Assembly: GCA_051656625.1 (NCBI GenBank)
Contig: JBOGCG010000057.1
Span: forward strand, 3,387-67,386
From: Sarcina sp.
Lineage (GTDB): Bacteria; Bacillota; Clostridia; Clostridiales; Clostridiaceae
DNA: 64,000 bases
Direction of reading: 5' to 3'
The first letter of the stretch is position 1; the number at the start of each line of letters is the position of its first letter. Positions 45,685 to 56,386 of the stretch are shown here, piece by piece. A program made the position numbers and the translations under genes. The notes under the pieces are model-generated. The model did not search any database. It saw only the letters and a list, made by a program, of their open reading frames with translations, and was not told the DNA's origin.

Positions 45685-45972
45685 TTAGTTTTCTTCTCTA
45701 ACGATTATGTGTCTTAAGATACCATCAGTTATTCTGAATACTCTATCTAATTCTTTTGGTAATTCAGTGTTAGCAGTGAAGTTTATTAAAGTGTAATAAC
45801 CTTCGTTAACTTTCTTTATTTCATAAGCAAGTTTTCTCTTACCCCAAAAATCAACGTTGTCAACAGTTCCGTTACCAGCTTCTATAACACCTTTAAACTT
45901 TTCGATTAAAGCTTTAACAGCTTCCTCGTCAAGTGATGGGTGTGCTATAAATATATTTTCGTACTTTCTCAT
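45685..45972 (-). CDS. rpsF: 30S ribosomal protein S6
   Basis: MRKYE...WGKRKLAYEI. Confidence 0.97.
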   Translation of the reverse strand: MRKYENIFIAHPSLDEEAVKALIEKFKGVIEAGNGTVDNVDFWGKRKLAYEIKKVNEGYYTLINFTANTELPKELDRVFRITDGILRHIIVREEN

Positions 45973-45984
45973 TATCTACACCTC

Positions 45985-46023
45985 CTCCCTTTGGACTCTG
46001 GCCGTGTTTTACACAGCAGGGAT
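45985..46023 (-). ncRNA. S6:S18 ribosomal protein leader
   Basis: CCCU-GCUGUG/CACGGC-..-CCA-AAGGG stem next to the rpsF SD. Confidence 0.7.
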
Positions 46024-46139
46024 TTACAATACAATATTCTATCACTTTTGTTTTCATATTTCAAGAGTAATTTATTAAGTAAATCATTTTTAATTTCAGT
46101 ATTTTTTTCAAATTACTGGTTTTCTATCTATATTTTTAT

Positions 46140-46334
46140 TTATTTTTCAGAAACTTTAACTACCTTTTTAGCATTTTTCTGGAATTTGCTTCTTGGTAAC
46201 ATTACTATTCTTCCACAACCTGTACATTTAATTTTTATATCTGCACCAACTCTTATCACTTCCCATTGGTCAGTTCCACAAGGATGTGTTTTTTTCATTT
46301 GAACTATATCACCTAAATCGAATTTCTCTAACAT
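46140..46334 (-). CDS. DUF951 (YyzM) protein
   Basis: KKTHPCG...WEVIRVGADIKIKCTGCG. Confidence 0.9.
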   Translation of the reverse strand: MLEKFDLGDIVQMKKTHPCGTDQWEVIRVGADIKIKCTGCGRIVMLPRSKFQKNAKKVVKVSEK

Positions 46335-46342
46335 TTTTCCTC

Positions 46343-47233
46343 CTATACATTTTGCATTTCATTTACTATTTTTACTTTATTATAAGGTATTTCTATTCCT
46401 TCTTTATCTAATTCTTCTTTAATTTTTTTTCTTAATTCTGCTTCAGTTACCCACTGAGTCATTGGCTTAACATCTCCAACTATTTTTATAGTCATTCCAG
46501 AGGCTCCAAATGCTGTTACACCAATTACTTTAGGTCCATCCACTACATTATCATTTTCTGCTGAAAAACGCTCACAAACTCTTCTAATGACCGAAATAGA
46601 ATTATCTATACTTTCTTCATAGGCAATTTCTACTTCTACTTTAATTTGAACATTTCCTTTTGTATGATTTGTTACTACATTTACAAAACCATTAGGAATT
46701 ATATGATGATCTCCTGAAAATGCTCTTAACGTTGTAGATCTTATTCCAACACTTTCTACAATTCCAGTATATTTATCTATAGTTATATAATCTCCTACAC
46801 CATATTGATCTTCAAAAAGAATAAAAATCCCATTAATTAAATCTTTGACAAAACTTTGAGCTCCAAAACCTATAGCTACCCCACCAACAGAAGAAATTAC
46901 TGCTAATGAAGTTGTATTTTCAACAAATACACAAATTATCGAAATAACCCCTAAAGCATAAACTGCATATTTTAAAATACTTTTTAATAAAGAACCTAAA
47001 GTATTAGCTTTTTTTTCATCTATAGAAAATTTATAATTGCTTTCTATCTGTTTTTTTACAATTTTATCTATTAATTTATTTCCAAACTTTATAATTAATA
47101 AAATAGCAATAAAGATAATTACAACTAAAATTATTTTATAAATAATTTCATTAAATTGGTTTAAATTAAAGTCAATACCAAAAATTTTCACAATATTCTC
47201 CGCTTTATCAACAGTCAATATTTTATTTAACAC
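46343..47233 (-). CDS. mscS: Small-conductance mechanosensitive channel
   Basis: GFGAQS.VKD..NGIFILFEDQY.VGD. Confidence 0.9.
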   Translation of the reverse strand: MLNKILTVDKAENIVKIFGIDFNLNQFNEIIYKIILVVIIFIAILLIIKFGNKLIDKIVKKQIESNYKFSIDEKKANTLGSLLKSILKYAVYALGVISIICVFVENTTSLAVISSVGGVAIGFGAQSFVKDLINGIFILFEDQYGVGDYITIDKYTGIVESVGIRSTTLRAFSGDHHIIPNGFVNVVTNHTKGNVQIKVEVEIAYEESIDNSISVIRRVCERFSAENDNVVDGPKVIGVTAFGASGMTIKIVGDVKPMTQWVTEAELRKKIKEELDKEGIEIPYNKVKIVNEMQNV

Positions 47234-47314
47234 TAAAATCCCCCCTTATTTATTTTATCTTTTCAAGTAATCTAAAAATTTTTCATATAAAAAATATATC
47301 AATTAATTATTAGC

Positions 47315-47560
47315 TTAAAATTTTAATATGAATCCTTCTTCATTTTTATGATAAACATTTTTAAATTTTATCTTATCCTCTTTTATTAAAATTTCAACTT
47401 TTTCAAATTCACTTTCTGAAAATCTTAAACTTATCCCACAACTTTTAGTTATATAGGTTGGTGTTGGCATAACCATAGCTTTTATAGTATTTTGCTCCAT
47501 TATTTTTTCACCCGCCATAGCCTCATGAGTATTATTAAAAACCATTATAAAAAATTTCAT
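47315..47560 (-). CDS. DUF3343 protein
   Basis: F.NTHEAM..EK, PTP..I..SCG. Confidence 0.85.
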   Translation of the reverse strand: MKFFIMVFNNTHEAMAGEKIMEQNTIKAMVMPTPTYITKSCGISLRFSESEFEKVEILIKEDKIKFKNVYHKNEEGFILKF

Positions 47561-47808
47561 AACTTCTCCTTTTTTCCTTTTATTTTAATATATATTTTTT
47601 AATGTTATCATTGAAATAAAAAGATAAATTTAATTTTCATCTTATTTCTTTGTAGCCAAATTTTATTAATCACTTTATATTTTACTTCTTAGATTTAAAT
47701 TTGCAAATTTTTAGGTTACAGTTAAAATAAGATATTTAAAATTAAACTTTTCTTAATTTTATTCACATTATTCCCCAAATAAATTTTATTAGTTACGAGG
47801 TATTTTTT

Positions 47809-48954
47809 ATGAAAACTATTTATTTAGATAATGCAGCAACTTCCTTTCCAAAACCAATAGAGGTTGTTAATTCCATTAGTGATTACATGATAAATTGTGG
47901 AGGAAATCCATCAAGAGGTTCTTCTTCTTTATCTTTAGCTGGTAATAGAGCTATTTTTACTGGTAGAGAAACTATTGCTGAATTTTTCAATTTTGAAAAG
48001 ATAGAGAATGTAATTTTCACTCAAAATATAACTATGTCTTTAAATATAATTCTTCGAGCTTTAATTAAAGATAATTGGCATGTTATAACTTCTACTATGG
48101 ATCATAACTCAGTTCTTAGACCATTAAACCAACTAAAAAAAGAAAGAAATATTTCTTTAGATATTATTGAAGCTTCAAAGGATGGTTTTATAGACCCATT
48201 AAAAATAAAAGAAAAAATCAATGAAAATACTAAAGCCATTGTTTTGTCTCATGGCTCTAATCTTTGTGGCTCAATTCAGCCCCTAAAAGAAATAGGTGCT
48301 ATTTGTAAAGAGAAAAACATATTCTTTATTGTAGATAGTGCACAAACTGCAGGTATTATACCTATAAATATTAAAGAATTAAATATAAATGCTTTAGCTT
48401 TTACTGGACATAAATCTTTATTTGGTCCACAGGGTATTGGTGGCTTCATCCTTGATGATAAAATTAATGAAGAAATGTCTATTCTATTTTCTGGAGGCAC
48501 TGGAAGTTCATCCTATTCTTTAGATCAACCATTAATTTTACCTGATAAATTTGAATCTGGAACTCCAAATACTCCTGGAATTATAGGCTTAACTAAAGGA
48601 ATAGAATTTATAAAAAAAGAAGGATTAAATACTATTAAAGAAAAGGAAGAGACTCTTTGTAAATATGCTTTAGAAAAGTTATTAAATATGGATTCAGTGA
48701 CTATATATGGTTCTAAAGATTACAGAAATAGAACTTCTACTATTCCTTTCAATTTAAAAAATATAGATTCTTCAGAACTTGGTTTTGCATTAGATAGCGA
48801 TTTTAACATAATTACTAGAACCGGTCTTCACTGCGCACCACTTGCTCATAAAACCTTAGGTTCATTCCCTAATGGTTCTGTAAGAATTAGTTTAGGTTAT
48901 TTTAATGAAACTAAAGATATTGATTTTTTAATAGATGCACTTAATAAATTTTAA
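47809..48954 (+). CDS. Class V aminotransferase / cysteine desulfurase family
   Basis: YLDNAATS, DSAQT, FTGHK, RTGLHCAP. Confidence 0.9.
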   Translation: MKTIYLDNAATSFPKPIEVVNSISDYMINCGGNPSRGSSSLSLAGNRAIFTGRETIAEFFNFEKIENVIFTQNITMSLNIILRALIKDNWHVITSTMDHNSVLRPLNQLKKERNISLDIIEASKDGFIDPLKIKEKINENTKAIVLSHGSNLCGSIQPLKEIGAICKEKNIFFIVDSAQTAGIIPINIKELNINALAFTGHKSLFGPQGIGGFILDDKINEEMSILFSGGTGSSSYSLDQPLILPDKFESGTPNTPGIIGLTKGIEFIKKEGLNTIKEKEETLCKYALEKLLNMDSVTIYGSKDYRNRTSTIPFNLKNIDSSELGFALDSDFNIITRTGLHCAPLAHKTLGSFPNGSVRISLGYFNETKDIDFLIDALNKF

Positions 48955-48965
48955 GGAGGCATTGA

Positions 48966-50024
48966 ATGGACTTAATCTTAAAAAAAGTTGAAAGATTAAG
49001 TATATTTTTCATTATTTATTTATTTTTCTTTATACTATTTTTTTCTACTTTAAAATATACTTTACCTTTTTTATTAGCATTAATTTTTGCATATATTTTA
49101 AAGTATCCAACTAAATTTTTAATAAAAAAATTTAATTTCAAAACTTGGTGGGCATCTTTATTTACTACAATTATATTTTTTTTAATAATATTCTCAATCA
49201 CTACTTCACTTATAGTGGTTCTAGTTTCTGAAATGATTAATTTAACAAAATATCTTCAGGAGTTATTAAATTTTAACCCTGAAGATATTTTAAATATTTT
49301 TAATTCTATAAATGATAATTTTTTAATAGATATAGACCCTCAAATCATAGACATTATAAAAACTAATCTTATTTCCTCTATAAAAACTTTTGTTACAATG
49401 GCATTAAATTCAACATCATCACTTCTTGAATTACTAGTTAAATTTTTAGGATATGTTCCCTCTGTTGCTATTGCTATTGTTTGTACTTTAATCTCTACTT
49501 ACTTTTTCACAAAGAAACTTTTAACTATAAATACTAACAATTATTTAAAAAAGACCTTTCCTAATAAAAAAGACAAAATAATAAATATTTTTTTAGAAAG
49601 CAGAAAAAATTTAATAAACTATCTTTTTGCCTATCTATTTATAATATTTATTTCTACAGCTTTGACTTTTATAGGTTTTTCAATATTAAAAATAGATTAT
49701 TCTTTATTTTTAAGTATTTTAGCTGGATTTTTAGATTTCTTACCTATATTAGGGATAGCTATTGTTTATTTTCCTATAGCCATTTTTTATTTTATTAAGG
49801 GAAATTATTTATTAGGTTTTTTAGTTTTAGCTCTTTATGGATTGATTTCTTTTTTAAGACAAATAATTGAACCTAAAATTCTTTCTAGCTCTCTTGGAAT
49901 TCATCCAGTGGCTTCTTTAGCTGCAATGTTTATTGGTCTTCAGCTTAATGGCTTTATGGGAATAATTTTCTGCTTATTTTTAGTAGTTGCCTATAATACA
50001 TTAAAAAAAGTAAATTTATTATAG
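48966..50024 (+). CDS. ytvI: Sporulation membrane protein YtvI (AI-2E family)
   Basis: D.LPILG, RQIIEPKI..S.LGIHP. Confidence 0.85.
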   Translation: MDLILKKVERLSIFFIIYLFFFILFFSTLKYTLPFLLALIFAYILKYPTKFLIKKFNFKTWWASLFTTIIFFLIIFSITTSLIVVLVSEMINLTKYLQELLNFNPEDILNIFNSINDNFLIDIDPQIIDIIKTNLISSIKTFVTMALNSTSSLLELLVKFLGYVPSVAIAIVCTLISTYFFTKKLLTINTNNYLKKTFPNKKDKIINIFLESRKNLINYLFAYLFIIFISTALTFIGFSILKIDYSLFLSILAGFLDFLPILGIAIVYFPIAIFYFIKGNYLLGFLVLALYGLISFLRQIIEPKILSSSLGIHPVASLAAMFIGLQLNGFMGIIFCLFLVVAYNTLKKVNLL

Positions 50025-50071
50025 TATAAATTGCTCTTTATTGGATAATAATTCAAATAAGGAGTGATTTC

Positions 50072-50668
50072 ATGGAAACTAAGCTTTATATAGATGCACT
50101 AGATAAAAATTCATCTTTTATTATTAAGGATTATCTTTTTGAAAACTTAAAACCTCAAATGTTAAAGAAAAAAAACTTAGTTTTTTTATGTATCGGAACG
50201 GATAGATCTACTGGTGATTCTTTAGGTCCAATTATAGGGGATAAATTATCAAAATTAACTAGAAAAAATATTTATGTTTTTGGTACTTTAGAAAATCCAG
50301 TTCATGCAGAAAATTTAATTGATACTATAGAATTTATTGAAAGATCAATTAAAAATCCTTACATTATAGCTATTGATGCTTGTCTTGGTTCTATAAATAA
50401 TGTAGGTAAAGTATTAATTCAAAAAACAGCTTTAAGCCCAGGGATGGCTTTTAATAAAGAATTACCCAAGGTGGGCAATTTAAGTATTCTTGGAATCGTT
50501 AATATTTCTAGCACTTTAGATTTTATGGTTTTACAGAATACTCGTCTTTATACTGTAATGAAATTAGCTAATTCTATTTATTACGGAATCCATTTATTTG
50601 TTATTCAATCTTTAGGTTATAAAAAAGAGCAAATTCTTGATTTTAAATTAGAAAATATAATGGACTAA
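50072..50668 (+). CDS. yyaC: Spore protease YyaC
   Basis: CIGTDRSTGDSLGP, IAIDACLG; sigma-F-like GTATA-15-GATAATAATT upstream. Confidence 0.92.
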   Translation: METKLYIDALDKNSSFIIKDYLFENLKPQMLKKKNLVFLCIGTDRSTGDSLGPIIGDKLSKLTRKNIYVFGTLENPVHAENLIDTIEFIERSIKNPYIIAIDACLGSINNVGKVLIQKTALSPGMAFNKELPKVGNLSILGIVNISSTLDFMVLQNTRLYTVMKLANSIYYGIHLFVIQSLGYKKEQILDFKLENIMD

Positions 50669-50673
50669 AAAAA

Positions 50674-50713
50674 TAGGACTATATCAAATATTGAAATATT
50701 TGATATAGTCCTA
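50674..50713. terminator. Bidirectional palindrome (repeat family member)
   Basis: taggactatatcaaatatt/aatatttgatatagtccta between convergent genes. Confidence 0.8.
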
Positions 50714-50718
50714 AAACA

Positions 50719-51216
50719 TTATTTATTTATAGCTTGAGCTAATGCTTTACTTTCTTCTTCTGATAATTCATATCTTGAAATACCCTTATCTATAGGTTTA
50801 GCATAAGTAGTACTTTCCATTCTTCCATAAATGCCAGTAATCATAACACCATCATTATTTCCATCTAATAATGCCACTGAAAAACTTAGGTCACTTCCTA
50901 CATCTTCAAAAGCTTTATATCTGATAACTCCAACTTTTTGAACACAATTTTTCATAGTGCCCTCTAAAGCTTCAAATCTATCAACAACAGTTGATGCACT
51001 TGCTTCTGCTTTATTTATTTTTTCTAATGATGACTCAATAATTTCTTCTAAATTCTTATTATTTTCGCCTCTCATCATTTTTTTATATTTCTTTTTAGTT
51101 TTACTTAGGCCACCAAATAAAATTAATATTAATATAAATTCTAAAACAGCAAATGCAGCTATTCCTAAAACTATATATATTAAATTAGGTTCCACCATTG
51201 ATATAATATTATTCAA
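50719..51216 (-). CDS. DUF4446 family protein
   Basis: RYKAFEDVGSDLSFS.ALLD...G; EE..AL. Confidence 0.85.
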   Translation of the reverse strand: MNNIISMVEPNLIYIVLGIAAFAVLEFILILILFGGLSKTKKKYKKMMRGENNKNLEEIIESSLEKINKAEASASTVVDRFEALEGTMKNCVQKVGVIRYKAFEDVGSDLSFSVALLDGNNDGVMITGIYGRMESTTYAKPIDKGISRYELSEEESKALAQAINK

Positions 51217-51239
51217 ACTTTGCTCATCCTTTCTAAAAT

Positions 51240-51255
51240 TGTTTCACGTGAAACA
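51240..51255. other. parS centromere site
   Basis: Perfect TGTTTCACGTGAAACA. Confidence 0.95.
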
Positions 51256-52137
51256 TTAAACATTAATAATATCTAAGATTCTTTGTAAATCCTCTTCAGA
51301 ATAATATTCAATTTCTATTTTTCCTTTATTTTTGTTAGCATTTATACTAACTTTAGTTCCAAAGTAATCTTGTAATCTATCCTTTATATCTTTATAATAA
51401 GGATTATTTGCTTTATCTTCTTTTTTATCCTCTTTTTTATCAGCATCTTTGCTTAATAAAAATTTAATGATTTTTTCTGCTTCTCTAACAGATAAATTAT
51501 CATCTATTATTTTTTGGGCCATTTTATATTGTTCTTCATTATTTAAAGCAAGTAAGGCTCTACCATGTCCTTCTGATATAACACCTTGTATTATATACTC
51601 TTGAACTCTTGAATCTAAGTTTAAAAGTCTCATAGTATTAGCTATAGCAACCCTTGATTTTCCTATTTTTAAAGCTAATTTATCTTGTGTAAATTTAAAC
51701 TCTTTTATTAACTTTTTAAAAGCTAAAGCTTCTTCTATTGCATTTAAATCTTCTCTTTGAATATTTTCTATTAATGATACCTGTAATAAATCTTCTCTTG
51801 TCATTTCTTTCACAATAACAGGAACTTCTTTAAGTTCAGCAATTCTTGCTGCTCTCCATCTTCTTTCTCCTGCTATTATTTTATATGTATCCTCAGTAAT
51901 TTTTTCAACTATCAAAGGTTGAATTATTCCATGTTCCTTTACTGATTGACTCAATTCAACAAGCTTATTATTATCAAAAAATCTTCTTGGTTGCTCATCA
52001 TTTGCCTTTACTTTAAATATATCAACCATCATTATACCATCATTAGTTGACATAGTAGTTACAATTGGACTTTCTATTATTGATTCCTCTGGTATTAATG
52101 CACTTAATCCTTTTCCTAATCCAAACTTTTTACCCAT
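51256..52137 (-). CDS. parB: ParB/Spo0J
   Basis: GLGKGL.ALI, IAGERRWRA, EN.QREDL. Confidence 0.95.
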   Translation of the reverse strand: MGKKFGLGKGLSALIPEESIIESPIVTTMSTNDGIMMVDIFKVKANDEQPRRFFDNNKLVELSQSVKEHGIIQPLIVEKITEDTYKIIAGERRWRAARIAELKEVPVIVKEMTREDLLQVSLIENIQREDLNAIEEALAFKKLIKEFKFTQDKLALKIGKSRVAIANTMRLLNLDSRVQEYIIQGVISEGHGRALLALNNEEQYKMAQKIIDDNLSVREAEKIIKFLLSKDADKKEDKKEDKANNPYYKDIKDRLQDYFGTKVSINANKNKGKIEIEYYSEEDLQRILDIINV

Positions 52138-52910
52138 TATAAATTCACTCCCTGTCTTTTAAGGAACTCCCTAGTTACTGATTCATAGGCTTCTGCCCCT
52201 TTACATTTATCATCATATAGTACTATAGGAAGACCAAAACTTGGTGCTTCAGCAAGTCTTATATTTCTCGGGATAGTTGATTCATATAATTTATCGTTAA
52301 AGTAATTTTTAACTTCTTTATAAACTTCTGTGCTTAAATTTGTTCTACTATCATACATAGTCATAATAGCACCTTCAATTTCTAAAGAAGTATTAAGGGA
52401 TTTTTTCACTAAGTTAACTGTATTCACAAGTTGACTTAATCCTTCTAAAGCATAATACTCAGCTTGAATAGGTATTAAAACTGAATTAGAACTTACTAAT
52501 GCATTTAAGCTTAACATACCTAAAGATGGAGGACAATCTATAAAGATAAAGTCATACTCACCTTCTATTTTCTTAATTTTTTCAGCTAGAACGAATTCTC
52601 TTTTCTCCCTATCCATTAATTCAACTTCAGCTCCTGCTAAATGTGAATTAGCTGGTGCTACATGAAGCTTATCCACTAATTGGCTTTTTATAATAACATC
52701 TTTAAGTTCTAAACCTTCACTTAAAACATTATAGATTGACTTATCAATTTTTCTTTTATCTATGCCTAGTCCACTTGTGGTATTTCCCTGTGGATCCATA
52801 TCTATAGCTAATACTCTATATCCTAAAGTAGCTAAATAAGAACATACATTTATATTAGTAGTGGTTTTTCCCACTCCACCTTTTTGATTAAAAACGCATA
52901 TTGTCTTCAT
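52137..52910 (-). CDS. soj: ParA/Soj
   Basis: NQKGGVGKTT, DPQGN, DCPPSLG. Confidence 0.96.
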   Translation of the reverse strand: MKTICVFNQKGGVGKTTTNINVCSYLATLGYRVLAIDMDPQGNTTSGLGIDKRKIDKSIYNVLSEGLELKDVIIKSQLVDKLHVAPANSHLAGAEVELMDREKREFVLAEKIKKIEGEYDFIFIDCPPSLGMLSLNALVSSNSVLIPIQAEYYALEGLSQLVNTVNLVKKSLNTSLEIEGAIMTMYDSRTNLSTEVYKEVKNYFNDKLYESTIPRNIRLAEAPSFGLPIVLYDDKCKGAEAYESVTREFLKRQGVNL

Positions 52911-53058
52911 GATACTCTCAAAATGATCTTCATTTTGAGACCTTCACCTCCCTTCTCTCATAAATATTATATAGTTTTACATAACATATTTAAAGTATAT
53001 TATTAATTTAATGTAATAATTTTTTCAAAAAATTTAAGTTATTTTGAAGAATAAAAAA

Positions 53059-53074
53059 TGTTTCACGTGAAACA
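53059..53074. other. parS centromere site
   Basis: Perfect TGTTTCACGTGAAACA. Confidence 0.95.
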
Positions 53075-53119
53075 TTATGTTTTATCAGTTTATTCTCAAA
53101 ATTCCTAATTTTTCTTTAA

Positions 53120-53148
53120 TTGACTATTAATATTTTTACTGATAGAAT
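53120..53148 (+). promoter_or_regulatory. sigma-A promoter (extended -10) of amino-acid antiporter
   Basis: TTGACT-17-TAGAAT with TGn. Confidence 0.7.
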
Positions 53149-53278
53149 AATCTCTAAAATGGACTGCTTTAAACTATTTTAATGTTTTGATGCAGCCCTA
53201 TTTATTTGCAATTTTAATTTTCAATTAACCTAAAAATTATTTATACAAAAGAAAAAACTTAATAAGGAGGAGAAACAT

Positions 53279-54682
53279 ATGGAAAAAAAACTTGGTTTAT
53301 TTGGACTAATAGCTATGGTTGTTGGTTCTATGGTAGGAAGCGGAATATTCCAATTACCTGCTGAAATGGCAAATTCCTGTGGACCATTATCTGCAATTAT
53401 AGCTTGGATTATTACTGGTATCGGAATGTTTTTTATAGGTAAAGTTTTTCAAATCTTATCAAATAAAAGACCAGATCTTTATGATGGTATTTACACCTAT
53501 TCAAGAGAAGGATTCGGTTCTTATGTAGGATTTTTATCGGCCTGGGGATATTGGTTTAGTCACCTTTTGGGAAATGTTTCATATATTGTTTTATTCATTT
53601 ATGCATTACATAACTTTTTCCCTCAAATCGGTAGCTTAAATAGTTTGCCATCATTAATCATTTCAATAATCATGATTTGGGGAATCATTTTTATAATTGC
53701 TAAAAGTATGAAAATAGCAAATGGATTAAATGAAATAACTACAATAGCTAAAATAATTCCTGTTATTTTATCTATCATTTTATTATTTGTTTGTTTTAAA
53801 TTTAGTACTTTTTCTCATGATCTTTTTGCTACTCATTTACTTAATAATAACGGACAAGCTTTAGGTTCTATAGGTCACCAAATTAATAACGGATTTTTAA
53901 ATACAATTTGGGTATTTGTAGGTATCGAAAGTGCCGTAGTTATTTCTGAGAGAGCAAAGAATCCAAAAGATGTAGGTAAAGCAACTATTATTGGTTATTT
54001 ATTTACTTTAGTTTGCTATGTTCTTATAGTTTTACTTAGCTTTGGTGCTTTAGGTCATAGTGCCTTAGTAAATTTACAAAATCCTGCATTAGGTGGGGTT
54101 CTTCAAAAAACTTACGGTACTTGGGCAGCAGTAATAATTGATATTGGAGTATTAATATCAGTTTTAGGTGCTTGGGTAGCTTGGAATATAATAAATGCTG
54201 AAGTTCCTATGACTGTTGCAAGAGATAGAGTATTCCCAAGAATTCTTGGAAAAAAATTAAAAAGTGGGGCTGCTATAAATGCTTTAATTTTAAATGCTAT
54301 AATAATGCAAATAATCTTTATTTTTGCAATGTTTGCAAATAATGCCTTTACTTTAGTTACTAATATAGCAACCGCTATGGTTCTTTTACCTTATTTACTA
54401 TCTGCTTTATTCCTAGTGAAATTAGCTAAAAAAGATGGTGAGAAAAGAAATTTACTTTATGGTATTTTAGCTGCTGTCTTCGCTATTTTTTCAATTTCAA
54501 CAGCTGGAATAACAGGTATTGCTCAAATTTTAATTCTTTATTCTTTAGGCTTAATCTTCTTGATTATTAGGGCAGTGGAAAATAAAGAAAAAATGTTTAA
54601 TAAAAAATGGGAATTAGTTCTTTGTTCCATAATCACAATACTAGGACTATTATCCATAGTTTATTTCTTTATAATAAAGTAA
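53279..54682 (+). CDS. APA-family basic amino acid/polyamine antiporter (ArcD-like)
   Basis: GSMVGSGIF, RPDL..GIY.Y.REGFG, WVFVGIESA. Confidence 0.88.
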   Translation: MEKKLGLFGLIAMVVGSMVGSGIFQLPAEMANSCGPLSAIIAWIITGIGMFFIGKVFQILSNKRPDLYDGIYTYSREGFGSYVGFLSAWGYWFSHLLGNVSYIVLFIYALHNFFPQIGSLNSLPSLIISIIMIWGIIFIIAKSMKIANGLNEITTIAKIIPVILSIILLFVCFKFSTFSHDLFATHLLNNNGQALGSIGHQINNGFLNTIWVFVGIESAVVISERAKNPKDVGKATIIGYLFTLVCYVLIVLLSFGALGHSALVNLQNPALGGVLQKTYGTWAAVIIDIGVLISVLGAWVAWNIINAEVPMTVARDRVFPRILGKKLKSGAAINALILNAIIMQIIFIFAMFANNAFTLVTNIATAMVLLPYLLSALFLVKLAKKDGEKRNLLYGILAAVFAIFSISTAGITGIAQILILYSLGLIFLIIRAVENKEKMFNKKWELVLCSIITILGLLSIVYFFIIK

Positions 54683-54754
54683 AAAAAAATAGTTACTACT
54701 GATTTTTATCTTTTCAGCTAGTAACTATTTTTTTATTTAAAGAAGTAGTTTTTT

Positions 54755-55534
54755 CTATTTCTTTTTAGGTATTTTTACTGTTATTTGTACATATTCTCCA
54801 CAATCTTTTGACGTATATTTTGCTGGAATCTTAAATTTATCAAAAATTTGCTTTATAGAATTTACATAAATTTTTGTAGGGAAAGAGCCTAATATTTTCT
54901 TTTTATTATCTTTTTCTAAATCTTCTCCAGCTATTTTAAGTAGCATTTTATTCACTAACTCTTCTGTATTTTTTACATTTAAATTGTGCTCAATAACTTG
55001 GTTTACTATTTCTATTTGCATTTCTTCAGTAGGTAGGGCAAGTAATGCTCTACTATGTCTCTCTGTTAAATTACCCTCTAAAGATTTTTTTCTTATCTCT
55101 ATAGGTAATTTCAAAAGTCTTAATTTATTAGCTATTGTTGATTGTTTTTTTCCCATCTTCTCAGCTAATTGTTCTTGAGTAAATTTATGATCATTTATTA
55201 AGTTAAAATAAGCTTCTGCTTCCTCAATAAAATTTAAATCTTCCCTTTGTAGATTTTCTAATAATGCAATTTCAGCTGATTCAGTATCAGTAATATCTAC
55301 AATAGAACAAGGTATTTTCTCTATCCCTGCAATTCTAGAAGCTCTCCATCTTCTTTCTCCTGCAACTAACTCAAAAACACTACCTATTCTTCTTATAGTT
55401 ATTGGTTGTATTACTCCATATTGTTTAATTGACATAGCAAGCTCTTCTAAAGCTTCATTATCAAAATGTTTTCTAGGCTGATACGCATTAGGTATTATTT
55501 TGTCTAACTGAACATATACTACTTGATTATGCAT
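54755..55534 (-). CDS. noc: Nucleoid occlusion protein Noc
   Basis: ParB paralog directly after rsmG; C-terminal ITVKIPK. Confidence 0.88.
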   Translation of the reverse strand: MHNQVVYVQLDKIIPNAYQPRKHFDNEALEELAMSIKQYGVIQPITIRRIGSVFELVAGERRWRASRIAGIEKIPCSIVDITDTESAEIALLENLQREDLNFIEEAEAYFNLINDHKFTQEQLAEKMGKKQSTIANKLRLLKLPIEIRKKSLEGNLTERHSRALLALPTEEMQIEIVNQVIEHNLNVKNTEELVNKMLLKIAGEDLEKDNKKKILGSFPTKIYVNSIKQIFDKFKIPAKYTSKDCGEYVQITVKIPKKK

Positions 55535-55639
55535 CTCCCATAGCCCCCCTTAAAAATCCTTGAATTTTCCAATATATATATTATTATGTTAATAAATTTT
55601 CCTGTACTTTGTCAATAAATGACTTAGTTTCTTAACAGA

Positions 55640-56359
55640 TTATTTTAATGGATTTCTTTTTATGTTACCCATATTTCTAGGATAAAGCTTTCCACAGCCT
55701 TTTATCATTTTTACAATTACTAAATTATGTTTTAAGTCAGTATCTTCTATTTTTACCTGTCTAACTTCTTCAATTTCTCCACCTAAAGTTTTTATAGCAT
55801 TTTTTCCCCCAACTAATTCCTCTTCTATATTAGGTCCTTTTAAAGCAATAAAATATCCACCAACTTTTACATAAGGAATACAGAATTCTGATAACATAGA
55901 CATGTTAGCTACTGCTCTAGATGTTGCTACATCAAAACTTTGTCTTAATTCCTTTTGTCTTGATCCCTCTTCTGCTCTTGCATGAATAGTAGTTACATTT
56001 TTTAAATTTAATTTATTAATTACAATATTTAAAAAGTTTATTCTTTTATTTAAGGCATCTAGTAAAGTAACTTCTACATCATCTCTCATTATTGCAATTG
56101 GAAGTCCTGGGAAACCTGCACCTGTTCCAACATCTATAACCGTTTTTGCTTCTTTAAATTGTTTTACTTCAAAAGCATTTATACAATCAATAAAATGTTT
56201 TTTTACTATCTCTTCATCCTCAGTAATGGCTGTAAGATTTATTTTTTCATTCCATTCCTTTAATAAATCCTTATAAAGCATAAATTTTTTATATTTATCT
56301 TCATTAAACTCCATTCCAACTCTTTCACTGGCATTTTTCATTAATTCATAATATTGCAT
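55640..56359 (-). CDS. rsmG: 16S rRNA m7G527 methyltransferase
   Basis: [20 protein letters not shown]. Confidence 0.96.
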   Translation of the reverse strand: MQYYELMKNASERVGMEFNEDKYKKFMLYKDLLKEWNEKINLTAITEDEEIVKKHFIDCINAFEVKQFKEAKTVIDVGTGAGFPGLPIAIMRDDVEVTLLDALNKRINFLNIVINKLNLKNVTTIHARAEEGSRQKELRQSFDVATSRAVANMSMLSEFCIPYVKVGGYFIALKGPNIEEELVGGKNAIKTLGGEIEEVRQVKIEDTDLKHNLVIVKMIKGCGKLYPRNMGNIKRNPLK

Positions 56360-56386
56360 TTTAGTCCTCCTGATTTATCTTCAAAT

